Source: Octopus sinensis
Lineage: Eukaryota
NCBI RefSeq assembly: GCF_006345805.1
Contig: NC_043021.1
Coordinates: 24,924,001-24,988,000 of the forward strand
Length of the DNA stretch: 64,000 nucleotides
Direction: 5' to 3'
Shown here: positions 52,524 through 64,000 of the stretch, one piece after another
How the letters are laid out: every line of letters starts with the position of its first letter
Position numbering within the stretch: the stretch's first letter is position 1
Translations under genes and position numbers: made by a program
The notes under the pieces: model-generated
Seen by the model: the letters and a program-made list of their open reading frames with translations, nothing else
Database searches by the model: none
What the model was told of the DNA's origin: nothing

Positions 52524-55500
52524 GCTCTGTCAGTCCGCATCAGTTCTGTCAGTCCGCTCCAGCTCTGTCAGTCCGCTCCAGCTCTGTCAGTCCGCACCAG
52601 CTTTGTCAGTCCGCACCAGCTTTGTCAGTCCACACCAGCTCTGTCAGTCAGCACCAGCTTTGTCAGTCCGCACCAGTTCTGTCAGTCCGCATCAGCTCTG
52701 CCAGTCCCCATCAGCTCTGTAAGTCCGCACCAGCTCTGTCAGCCCGCACCAGCTCTGTCAGTCCGCACCAGCTCTGCCAGTCCGCATCAGCTCTGTCAGT
52801 CCGCATCAGCTCTGTCAGTCCGCATCAGCTCTGTCAGTCCGCACCAGCTCTGTCAGTCCGCACCAGTTCTGTCAGTCCGCATCAGCTCTGTCAGTCCGCA
52901 TCAGCTCTGTCAGTCCGCACCAGCTCTGCCAGCCCGCATCAGCTCTGTCAGCCCGCACCAGCTCTGTCAGTCCGCACCAGCTCTGGCAGTCCGCATCAGC
53001 TCTGTCAGTCCGCATCAGCTCTGTCAGTCCGCACCAGTTCTGTCAGTCCGCATCAGCTCTGTCGGTCCGCATCAGCTCTGTCGGTCCGCACCAAGCTCTG
53101 TCAGCCCGCACCAGTTCTGTCAGTCCGCATCAGTTCTGTCAGTCCGCATCAGCTCTGTCAGTCCACATCAGCTCTGTCAGTCCGCACCAGCTCTGTCAGT
53201 CCGCACCAGCTCTGTCAGTCCGCATCAGCTCTGTCAGTCCGCACCAGCTCTGTCAGTCCGCACCAGCTCTGTCAGTCCGCATCAGCTCTGTCAGTCCGCA
53301 GCAGCTCTGTCAGTCCCCACCAGCTCTGTCAGTCCGCATCAGCTCTGTCAGTCCGCATCAGCTCTGTCAGCCCGCACCAGCTCTGTCAGTCCGCATCAGC
53401 TCTGTCAGTCCGCATCAGCTCTGTCAGTCCGCACCAGCTCTGTCAGTCCGCGTCAGCTCTGCCAGTCCGCATCAGCTCTGCCAGTCCGCATCAGCTCTGT
53501 CAGCCAGCACCAGTTCTGTCAGTCCGCATCAGCTCTGCCAGTCCGCATCAGCTATGCCAGTCCGCATCAGCTCTGTCAGTCCGCACCAGTTCTGTCAGCC
53601 CGCACCAGTTCTGTCAGTCCGCACCAGCTCTGCCAGTCCGCATCAGCTCTGTCAGCCCGCATCAGCTCTGTCAGTCCGCACCAGTTCTGTCAGTCCACCT
53701 CAGCTCTGTCAGCCCGCACCAGCTCTGTCAGTCCGCATCAGCTCTGCCAGCCCGCACCAGTTCTGTCAGTCCGCATCAGCTCTGTCAGTCCGCATCAGCT
53801 CTGTCAGTCCGCACCAGTTCTGTCAGTCCGCATCAGCTCTGTCAGTCCGCATCAGCTCTGTCAGTCCGCACCAGTTCTGTCAGTCCGCATCAGCTCTGTC
53901 AGTCCGCATCAGCTCTGTCAGCCCACACCAGCTCTGCCAGTCCGCACCAGTTCTGTCAGTCCGCACCAGTCTGTTTGTCAGTCGCATCAGCTCTGTCAGT
54001 CCGCATCAGTTCTCTCAGCCAGCATCAGCTCTGTCAGCCCGCACCAGCTCTGTCAGCCGCATCAGCTCTGTTTCAGTCCGCACCAGTTCTGTCAGTCCGC
54101 AATCAGCTCTGTCAGTCCGCATCAGTTCTGTCAGCCCGCATCAGCTCTGCCAGTCCGCATCAGTTCGTCAGTCCGCACCAGCTCTGTCAGCCCGCATCAG
54201 CTTGTCAGTCCGCACCAGTTCTGTCAGTCAGTCGCACCAGCTCTGTCAGCCGCATCACCAGTTCTGTCCATCCCCGCACCAGTTCTGTCAGTCCGCATCA
54301 GCTCTGTCAGTCCGCAATCAGCTCTGTCAGACCGCACCAGCTCTGTCAGTCCGCATCAGCTCTGTCAGCCCGCACTAGTTCTGTCAGTCCGCATCAGCTC
54401 TGCCAGTCCGCACCAGCTCTGTCAGTCCGCACCAGCTCTATCAACCCGCACCAGCTCTGGCAGCCCGCATCAGCTATGTCAGTCCGCATCAGCTCTGTCA
54501 GTCCGCACCAGCTCTGTCGGTCCGCATCAGCTCTGTCGGTCCGCACCAGCTCTGTCAGTCCGCATCAGCTCTGTCAGTCTGCACCAGCTCTGTCAGTCTG
54601 CACCAGCTCTGCCAGTCCGCAACAGCTCTGTCAGTCCGCACCAGCTCTGTCACACCGCACCAGTTCTGTCAGCCCGCACCAGCTCTGTCAGCCCGCACCA
54701 GTTCTGTCAGTCCGCACCAGCTCTGTCAGTCCCCATCAGCTCTGTCAGCCCGCACCAGCTCCGTCAGTCCGCACCAGCTCTGTCAGTCCGCACAGCTCTG
54801 TCAGTCCGCACCAGCTCTGTCAGTCCGCACCAGCTCTGTCAGTCCCCATCAGCTCTGTCAGTCCGCACCAGCTCTGTCAGTCCGCATCAGCTCTGTCAGT
54901 CCGCACCAGTTCTGTCACTCCGCTCCACCTCTGTCAACCCGCACCAGTTCTGTCAGTCCGCACCAGCTCTGTCAGCCCGCACAGCTATGTTAGTCCGCAC
55001 CAGCTTTGTCAGTCCGCATCAGCTCTGTCAGGCCACATCAGCTCTGTCAGTCCGCATCAGATCTGTCAGTCCGCACCATTTCTGTCGGGTCGCATCAGCT
55101 CTGCCAGCCCGCATCAGCTCTGCCAGCCCGCACCAGTTCTGTCAGTCCGCACCAGCTATGTCAGCCCGCACCAGCTATGCCAGTCCGCACCAGCTATGTC
55201 AGTCCGCATCAGCTCTGTCAGCCCGCACTATTTCTGTCAGTCCGCACCAGCTCTGTCAGTCCGCACCAGCTCTGTCAGTCCGCACCATTTCTGTCAGTTC
55301 GCATCAGCTCTGTCAGCCCGCATCAGCTATGTCAGTCCGCACCAGCTCTGTCAATCCGCATCAGCTCTGTCAGTCCGCATCAGCTCTGTCAGCCCGCACC
55401 AGCTCTGTCAGCCCGCACCAGCTCTGTCAGTCCGCACAGCTCTGTCAGCCCGCACCAGTTCTGTCAGTCCGCATCAGCTCTGTCAACCCGCACCAGCTCT

Positions 55501-58500
55501 ACCAGTCCGCACCAACTCTGTCAGCCAGCACCCAGCTATGTCAGTCCGCACCAGCTCTGTCAGTCCGCACAGCCCTGTCAGTCAGCACCAGTTCTGTCAG
55601 TCCGCATCAGCTCTGTCAGCCCGCACCAGCTCTGTCAGCCCGCACCAGCTCTGTCAGTCCGCACCAGCTCTATCAACCGCACCAGCTCTGGCAGTCGCAT
55701 CAGTCCGCATCATCTCTCAGTCAGCCCGCATCAGCTCTGTCGGTCCGCATCAGCTCTGTCTGTCCGCATCAGCTCTGTCAGTCCGCACCAGCTCTGCCAG
55801 TCCGCACCACCTCTGTGAGTCCGCACCAGCTCGTCTTCTGCACCCCTCTGCAGTCCGCAACAGCTCTGTCAGTCCGCACCAGCTCTGTCACAGCACACCG
55901 CACCTTCTGTCAGCCCGCACCAGCTCTGTCAGCCCGCACCATTCTGTCAGTCCGCACCAGCTCTGTCAGTCCCCATCAGCTCTGTCATCCCGCACCAGCT
56001 CCGTCAGTCCGCACCAGCTCTGTCAGTCCGCACAGCTCTGTCAGTCCGCACCAGCTCTGTCAGTCCACCATCTCTGTCAGTCCCCATCAGCTCTGTCAGT
56101 CCGCACCAGCTCTGTCAGTCCGCATCAGCTCTGTCAGTCCGCACCAGTTCTGTCACCCGCTCTCCACCTCTGTCAACCCGCACCAGTCTGTCAGTCCGCA
56201 ACCAGCTCTGTCAGCCCGCCAGCTATGTTAGTCCGCACCAGCTTTGTCAGTCCGCATCAGCTCTGTCAGGCCCACATCAGCTCTGTCAGTCCGCATCAGA
56301 TCTGTCAGTCCGCACCAGTTCTGTCGGGTCGCATCAGCTCTGCCAGCCGCATCAGCTCTGCCAGCCCGCACCATTCTGTCAGTCCGCACCAGCTATGTCA
56401 GCCCGCACCAGCTATGCCATTCGCACCAGCTATGTCAGTCCGCATCAGCTCTGTCAGCCCGCACTATTTCTGTCAGTCCGCACCAGCTCTGTCAGTCCGC
56501 ACCAGCTCTGTCAGTCCGCACCATTTCTGTCATTTCGCATCAGCTCTGTCAGCCCGCATCAGCTATGTCAGTCCGCACCAGCTCTGTCAATCCGCATCAG
56601 CTCTGTCAGTCCGCATCAGCTCTGTCAGCCCGCACCAGCTCTGTCAGCCCGCACCAGCTCTGTCAGTCCGCACAGCTCTGTCAGCCCCGCCACCAGTTCT
56701 GTCAGTCCGCATCAGCTCTGCCAACCCGCACCAGCTCTACCAGTCCGCACCAACTCTGTCAGCCAGCACCAGCTATGCAGTCCGCACCAGCTCTGTCAGT
56801 CCGCACAGCCTGTCCGTCAGCAGCACCAGTTCTGTCAGTCCGCATCAGCTCTGTCAGCCCGCACCAGCTCTGTCAGCCCGCACCAGCTCTGTCAGTCCGC
56901 ACCAGCTCTATCAACCCGCACCAGCTCTGGCAGTCCGCATCATCTCTGTCAGCCGCATCAGCTCTGTCGGTCCGCATCAGCTCTTTCTGTCCGCATCAGC
57001 TCTGTCAGTCCGCACCAGCTCTGCCGGTCCGCACCAGCTCTGTGAGTCCGCACCAGCTCTGTCAGTCTGCACCAGCTCTGTCAGTCTGCACCAGCTCTGT
57101 CAGTCCGCAACAGCTCTGTCAGCCCGCAACAGCTATGCCAGCCCGCACCAGTTCTGTCAGTCCGCACCAGTCCTGCCAGTCCGCACCAGCTCTGTCAGCC
57201 CGCATCAGTTCTATCAGTCCGCACCAGCTCTGTAAGCCCGCACAGCTATGTCAGCCCGCACCAGCTCTGTCAGTCCGCACCAGCTATGTCAGCCCGCACC
57301 AGCTCTGTCAGTCCACATCAGCTCTGTCAGTCCGCACCAGCTATGTCAGCCCGCACCAGCTCTGTCAGTCCGCATCAGCTCTGTCAGCCCGCACCATTTC
57401 TGTCAGTCCGCATCAGCTCTGTCAGTCCGCATCAGCTCTGTCAGTCCGCATCAGCTCTGTCAACCCGCACCAGTTATGTCAGCCCGCATCAGATCTGCCA
57501 GTCCGCATCCGCTCTGCCAGCCCGCACCAGCTCTGTCAGCCCGCATCAGCTCTGTCAGTCCGCACCAGTTCTTTCAGCCCGCACCAGCTCTGTCAGTCCG
57601 CACCAGCTCTGTCAGTCCGCATCAGCTCTGTCAGCCCGCATCAGCTCTGTCAGTCTGCCTCAGCTCTGTCAGTCCACACCAGCTCTGTCAGTCCGCATCA
57701 GCTCTGCCAGTCCGCACCAATTCTGTCAGTCCGCATCCGCTCTGTCAGCCCGCATCAGCTATGTCAGCCCGCGCCAGCTCTGCCAGTCCGCACCAGTTCT
57801 TTTAGCCCGCACCAGTTCTGCCAGTCCGCACCAGCTATGTCAGTCCCCACCAGCTATGTCAGTCCGCACCAGCTCTGTCAGACCGCATCAGCTCTGTCAG
57901 CCCGCACCAGTTCTGTCAGTCCGCGCCAGTTCTGTCAGTCCGCACCAGCTCTGTCAGTCAGCACCAGCTCTGTCAGTCCGCATCAGCTCTGTCAGCCCGC
58001 ATCAGCTCTGTCAATCCGCACCAGTCCTGTCAGTCCGCCTCAGCTCTGCCAGTCCGCATCAGCTCTGTCAGCCCGCATCAGCTCTGCCAACCCGCACCAG
58101 TTCTGTCAGTCCGCATCAGCTCGGTCAGCCCGCATAAGCTCTGTCAGTCCGCATCAGCTCTGTCAGTCCGCGCCAGTTCGGTCAGCCCGCATCCGCTCTG
58201 TCAGTCCGCACCAGCTATGTCACTCCGCATTAGCTCTGTCAGTCCGCACCAGCTCTGTCAGCCCACACCAGCTCTGCCAGTCCCATCAGCTCTGTCAGTC
58301 CGCATCAGCTCTGTCAGTCCGCATCAGCTCTGTCAGCCCGCACCAGTTCTGCCAGCCCGCATCAGCTCTGCTAGTCCGCACCAGCTCTGTCAGCCCGCAT
58401 CAGTTCTGTCAGCCCGCACCAGTTCTGTCAGTCCGCACCAGCTCTGTCAGTCCGCATCAGCTCTGTCAGCCCGCATCAGCTCTGTCAGTCCGCACCAGTT

Positions 58501-59966
58501 CTGTCAGCCCGCCTCAGCTCTGTCAGCCCGCACCAGCTCTGTCAGTCCGCATCAGCTCTGCCAGTCCGCATCAGTTCTGTCAGTCCGCATCAGCTCTGCC
58601 AGTCCGCATCAGTTCTGTCAGTCCGCATCAGCTCTGCCAGTCCGCATCAGTTCTGTCAGTCCGCACCAGCTCTGTCAGCCCGCATCAGCTCTGTCAGTCC
58701 GCACCAGTTCTGTCAGTCCGCACCAGCTCTGTCAGCCCGCACCAGTTCTGTCAGCCCGCACCAGTTCTGTCAGTCCGCATCAGCTCTGTCAGTCCGCATC
58801 AGCTCTGTCAGACCGCACCAGCTCTGTCAGTCCGCATCAGCTCTGTCAGTCCGCCCCAGTTCTGTCAGTCCGCATCAGCTCTGTCAGTCCGCATCAGCTC
58901 TGTCAGTCCGCACCATCTCTGTCAGCCAGCACCAGTTCTGTCAGTCCGCACCAGCTCTGTCAGCCCGCACCAGTTCTGTCAGTCCGCATCAGCTCTGTCA
59001 GTCCGCATCAGCTCTGTCAGACCGCACCAGCTCTGTCAGTCCGCACCAGCTCTGTCAGTCCGCACCAGTTCTGTCAACCCGCACCAGTTCTGTCAGTCCG
59101 CATCAGCTCTGTCAGTCCGCACCAGCTCTGTCAGTCCGCGCCAGCTCTGCCAGTCCGCATCAGCTCTGTCAGTCCGCCCCAGTTCTGTCAGTCCGCACCA
59201 GTTCTGTCAGTCCGCATCAGCTCTTTCAGTCCGCACCAGCTCTGTCAGTCAGCACCAGTTCTGTCAGTCCGCACCAGTTCTGTCAGTCCGCACCAGCTCT
59301 GTCAGCCCGCACCAGTTCTGTCAGTCCGCACCAGTTCTGTCAGCCCGCACCAGTTCTGTCAGCCCGCATCAGCTCTGTCAGTCCGCATCAGCTCTGTCAG
59401 TCCGCATCAGCTCTGTCAGCCCGCATCAGCTCTGTCAGTCCGCATCAGCTCTGTCAGTCCGCATCAGCTCTGTCAGTCCGCATCAGCTCTGTCAGTCCGC
59501 ACCAGCTCTGTCAGCCAGCACCAGTTCTGCCAGTCCGCACCAGTTCTGTCAGTCCGCACCAGTTCTGTCAGCCCGCATCAGCTCTGTCAGTCCGCATCAG
59601 CTCTGTCAGTCCGCATCAGCTCTGTCAGCCCGCATCAGCTCTGTCAGTCCGCATCAGCTCTGTCAGTCCGCATCAGCTCTGTCAGCCCACACCAGCTCTG
59701 TCAGTCCGCATCAGCTCTGTCAGCCCGCACCAGTTCTGTCAGTCCGCACCAGCTCTGTCAGTCCGCATCAGTTCTGTCAGTCCGCATCAGCTCTGCCAGT
59801 CCGCATCAGCTCTGTCAGTCCGCATCAGCTCTGTCAGTCCGCACCAGTTCTGTCAGTCCGCATCAGCTCTGTCAGTCTGCACCAGTTCTGTCAGTCTGCA
59901 CCAATTCTGTCAGTCCGCATCAGCTCTGTCAGTCTGCACCAGTTCTGTCAGTCCGCATCAGCTCTG
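52524..59966. repeat. 19-bp minisatellite (CAGCTCTGTCAGTCCGCAY)n, about 390 units
   Basis: Directly visible; 7.44 kb / 19 bp. Confidence 0.98.
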
Positions 59967-60821
59967 GTTTCACAGAAAAACCTTTGGCTTCACATTTTCC
60001 CATTCTCCTTCTCTTTTCAATGGGTGTTGTCTTCTTTTTCCTATCTCGTTCTTTTCCCCCTATTTTTCTTTTCTCTCTCTCTCTCTCTCACTAAAAGTCT
60101 CCGTTTCACTTCCCACATCAACTTCCCGCTCAGTAGTTTAGATACGGACGGACTTGCGCAGGGCGACCATTTTCTATGAGGGTTGAAGGAAGCAGGCGGC
60201 GGCCAATTTAGCTTCACCACACAAAGAAGGCCAAAAACCCCAACAACAGTTCCGCCTCCTCCGCTTCTTTTGTCGGATGAGAACCTCTTGTATAAACACA
60301 TCACGTCTTACATCACAGCAAGCCTCTACGCGATTGCTCGATCTACTTGAAATAACAAAGAGATTCCCCCTAAATCATAGCCCACTCTCTCTCTTTAAGG
60401 ACACATTGAATAATGTATTCGTAAAGAAAGAATCTGATGACCACAGACAACAACTAGTGACTTTCTGAGGGGGTTTTTTTGCCATATGTTGTTGTTTCTT
60501 TCCCACTTTTACCCTTCTCCCCCTTCTTCCCACTCTTTCTGTATTTATAAGTTAGTCTTTCTTTCCTCTCGATTTCTCCTCCCCTGCCTCCTGTTTCCAA
60601 TCACCCAGTCTCTCTCCCACTCTCTCTCTCCCTCTCTATCTATCTGTTTGTCTGTCTGTCTGACTTCTGCAACTCATCTTTTATCATTCTCGCTTTCTCT
60701 TCCACTCACCCCCCACCCCACCCCCATATAATCTGACGTCGGATTGTTTCTGTTGTTTTGACCTTTGACCTTCATCCATTCTCAGCCGACAACATTCCCG
60801 ACAAATCCAGTCTCAAAACAG

Positions 60822-60841
60822 ACTCACACACACACACACAC

Positions 60842-60872
<31 letters not shown>

Positions 60873-60948
60873 ACACACACACACACACGCACACACGCAC
60901 ACACACACACCACACACACGCACACGCACACACACACACGCACACGCA

Positions 60949-60981
<33 letters not shown>

Positions 60982-61047
60982 GCGCGCGCGCACACACACA
61001 CACACACACGCACACACACACACACACGCACACGCACACACACACAC
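60822..61047. repeat. (CA)n/(CG) microsatellite
   Basis: Directly visible. Confidence 0.95.
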
Positions 61048-61434
61048 AACAAATTAAGCGGTGGTGAAGGAAACTAGTAAATGATTTGGTGTCACAACTG
61101 AATTCCTGAGTTGGCACCACAACCACCATTAAAAAAAATGGTTGGAATGAGGAAGTTCTTGTTTGTGGAATGTAAAACAACAACAACAACAATTCGAGAC
61201 AATGAGGAAAACACAGGGCGTCGCTCGATCTGTTAGAAATAACAGCTAAACCTCCCTCAAACTTCATCCAGCTGTCTTTAAAAAAATAACATGATCTTAA
61301 CAACAGAGTATCTGGGAAAAAAATCGACGCGATGGCTATAGGCGGAATGTCTTGTGATCACAGATCTGATTGATTAGAACTGGCCTGGTGGGAAGATACT
61401 GACACAAATAATCTACCCAATATTTTTTATCTCT

Positions 61435-61752
61435 CACTTGTTTCAGACATAAGACTGCGGCCATGCTGGGGCATCGCCTTGGAGATATTATAGTTGAGTG
61501 AATAGACACTAGTACCTGTTTACTTTTAAGCCCGGTACTTATTCTATCGGCCACTTTTGCCGAAACGCTAAGTTACTGGAACGTAAACATACCAACAGCG
61601 GGACACGGACACGGACACGGACACACACGACAGGGTTTTTTTCAGTTTCCGTCTAGCAAATCCACCCACAAAGCTTTGGTCGGCCTGGGGCTATAGTAGA
61701 AGACACTTGCCCAAGGTGCCACGCAGCAGGACTGAACCTGGAACCATGTGAT
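61435..61752 (-). mobile_element. SINE family C
   Basis: Same head and tail as 21835-22212, with CpGs retained. Confidence 0.75.
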
Positions 61753-61974
61753 TGAGAATTCGTTTGATTAGATCCATGAAGTGGATGGCCATGTGCTTTT
61801 GTATTTACGATTCGCTAATTGGTAGAAGCATCGTTATTTTCAGCCATAAACACAGACCTACTTTTGCGTTTTCCAAGGGTCAAACGAAATCGCGCCCACT
61901 GAAGCGTGTACACAGTTTCAAAGAGTTAAGGAACTCCAACATAAAAATGACTATATATCCTAATTAATCACTCC

Positions 61975-62200
61975 TAAGGCAGCGAGCTGGCAGAATCGCT
62001 AACACGCCAGACAAACTACTTAGCGGCATTTCGTCCGTCTTTACGTTCTGAGTTCAAATTCCGCCGTAGTCTGGCTTTGCCTTTTATTCCTTCGGAGTCG
62101 ATAAAATAAGAATCAGTTGAAGACTGGAGTCGATGTAATCGACTTACCCCCACCCACCCCAATTGCTGGCCTTGTGCCGAAATTTGAAATCATTATTAAT
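61975..62200 (+). mobile_element. SINE family A, full length
   Basis: A/B boxes, Nin-like core, short ATT tail. Confidence 0.8.
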
Positions 62201-62874
62201 CACCCCACCTCTTCTCTCTCTTTGAAAGATTTGTCCAGTGCTTAATCCATTAGAAACCACAAAAACAGTTGAAGAAATTTTGTCATAAGCCTGATCTTGA
62301 TTTGACTGATATTCTTTTCGAGCAAGTTTCTTTCCACACAACAACATCAACTTCTCGAATTTTCTAATAACTAAGTAATTAACCTTTTGCCAATCCTGCA
62401 CACACACACACACACACACACCAGCCACTGTCTCTCTGTCTCTTCCTTCTGTCTTTCCTACTGATATTACAATGGTCTCTACGACGCCATCTCTACTCCC
62501 GTTATTCCAATCCCGTTAGTCTCTCCTCTTCTCTTTATCGATGTTGTGTTCAACTCCTCGAGTCTAACACCAATCCCTATGACCATCCCTTCCTAACAAT
62601 TCCCCCTTCTGGAACTCCCGAACTCTCTTCCATTCATGCCTTTCCTGTAGGTGTTGACTTGCAACAGTTTAAACGGAATTCTAGCGACGCAAATCAAAAC
62701 AGCCAGCAAAGGCCATGGGCACCGCCTCGTCTCCCGAATACATCAAGTTCTTCTGAATATCTGTTTTATTTCATTATGCATCAAAGATCTCTTGTTTTCT
62801 TCAGAATTTCAGAATCAGACACAACGTCTATGGTTGTTCGAGTATAACAGCGACAAGTTAATTTATAAAATAAT

Positions 62875-63075
62875 GCTTTCTAATTTTGACCCAAGGCCAG
62901 TAATTTTAGGGGGGAGGAGTAAGTCGCTTGCATCGACCCCCAACTACTTTATTTTATCGACTCCAAAAAGATGAAAGGCGAAGTCGACTTCACCGTGATT
63001 TGAACTCTGAACGTAAAGAAGTCAGAAGAAGCCCCACCAAGCATTTTGTCCGACCTGCCAATGACTCTGCCTGCT
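62875..63075 (-). mobile_element. SINE family A
   Basis: Family similarity; inverted relative to 61975-62200. Confidence 0.75.
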
Positions 63076-63182
63076 CAATAATAATGGATTTATTGTAAAC
63101 AGTATTCAGGTACAATATGAGATGTCGGAAAAGGTAGAAGAGGAGATAGAAAGCAGCAATAAATCAAATAAAGACAGCATTG

Positions 63183-63609
63183 GGATCTTTTCGGGTTGAC
63201 CGGCAGTTTTTAACATAATTTCTAGGTAACTAAACACTTTTAAACTTCGTATACTGGTAGAATGTGTTTATAAAACATCTTTTTCTCTTGGCTTTATTGA
63301 GAAAATTCTATAATTTGTAAGATATTTGTTGTTATTTTTCTTCAATTTCTGCAATTTCAACCAATCAATGACGTCCATTGAGGTAAAAAAAAAACATTCT
63401 GTGCCGTATGAATATGTCCCTCGTTTAAGAAACAGATTGGGTTTATTTATATTTCTGAAGAAGAAAAAAAGATAGCCTTCCTCCACCCCTAACCAACCCT
63501 AACCCTAAAACAGATTGAAATGCAATAGATCGATACTAGGGTCATAATTATGGGTGACAATTTCATATGACACCGCTAGAAAAAACTGCCGTTCAAACCG
63601 GAAAGATCC
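63183..63609. mobile_element. MITE with ~28-bp imperfect TIRs and 8-bp TSD (Merlin-like)
   Basis: Left ggatcttttcgggttgaccggcagttttt; right aaaaactgccgttcaaaccggaaagatcc; CAGCATTG duplicated on both flanks. Confidence 0.85.
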
Positions 63610-64000
63610 CAGCATTGTATGTTTACAGGACTCAGAATAAAACACAGACATAAAACTGAACATTGAAAGAACCATAACAAAACAAAAAAAAAAGTGTTCA
63701 CCGATAGGTCAGGAATAATGTTGGTCAGGAACAATGGAACTTGTGAAGGACGTGGTGTGCTGACGGATTACAACTGAAGCGAATAATGCTTCCATTGCTT
63801 CAAATAAATATTTGTTGTTCATAAACAGATACCCTACATATATCCTAAAATTAATGGCCTTGGGCCAAAATTAGAAAGAATTACTTTATGAATTACCTTC
63901 CCGCTGCTATGCTCGACCACTCACAGTCGATGTCTCTCTTGATCCTCAGATAATTTCTTTTTTTACTCGTAGGCGATACCCGACACGCCACCTCCATACA

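Noticed and set aside
52524-59966. CRISPR-like array or confirmed giant CDS
   Set aside because: Units are head-to-tail with no unique spacers and no cas genes; the long ORFs follow automatically from a stop-free unit.

Overview
AT-rich, microsatellite- and retrotransposon-dense animal DNA; the SINE/LINE repertoire looks cephalopod (Octopus-like), which is an inference. Two protein genes are supported, both on the minus strand. (1) A 4-exon, 396-aa metallo-beta-lactamase matching the plant TRZ1/Thermotoga ('TM-type') short tRNase Z, with a possible mitochondrial presequence (exons 30633-30164, 25750-25543, 17586-17388, 16699-16386). (2) An uninterrupted 376-aa type II membrane glycosyltransferase of the Anp1/Mnn9/Van1 (GT62) family (45683-44553). 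Both families are best known outside animals. The rest is decayed R4/Dong-like, RTE, CR1-group and HERO-like LINEs, three tRNA-derived SINE families, mariner and MITE remnants, a 7.4-kb 19-bp minisatellite, and several TA-flanked Penelope-like remnants carrying minimal hammerhead-ribozyme motifs, some folded into near-perfect palindromes. Most ORFs in the supplied track are microsatellite artefacts. All homology calls are from motif recognition by eye; no searches were run.
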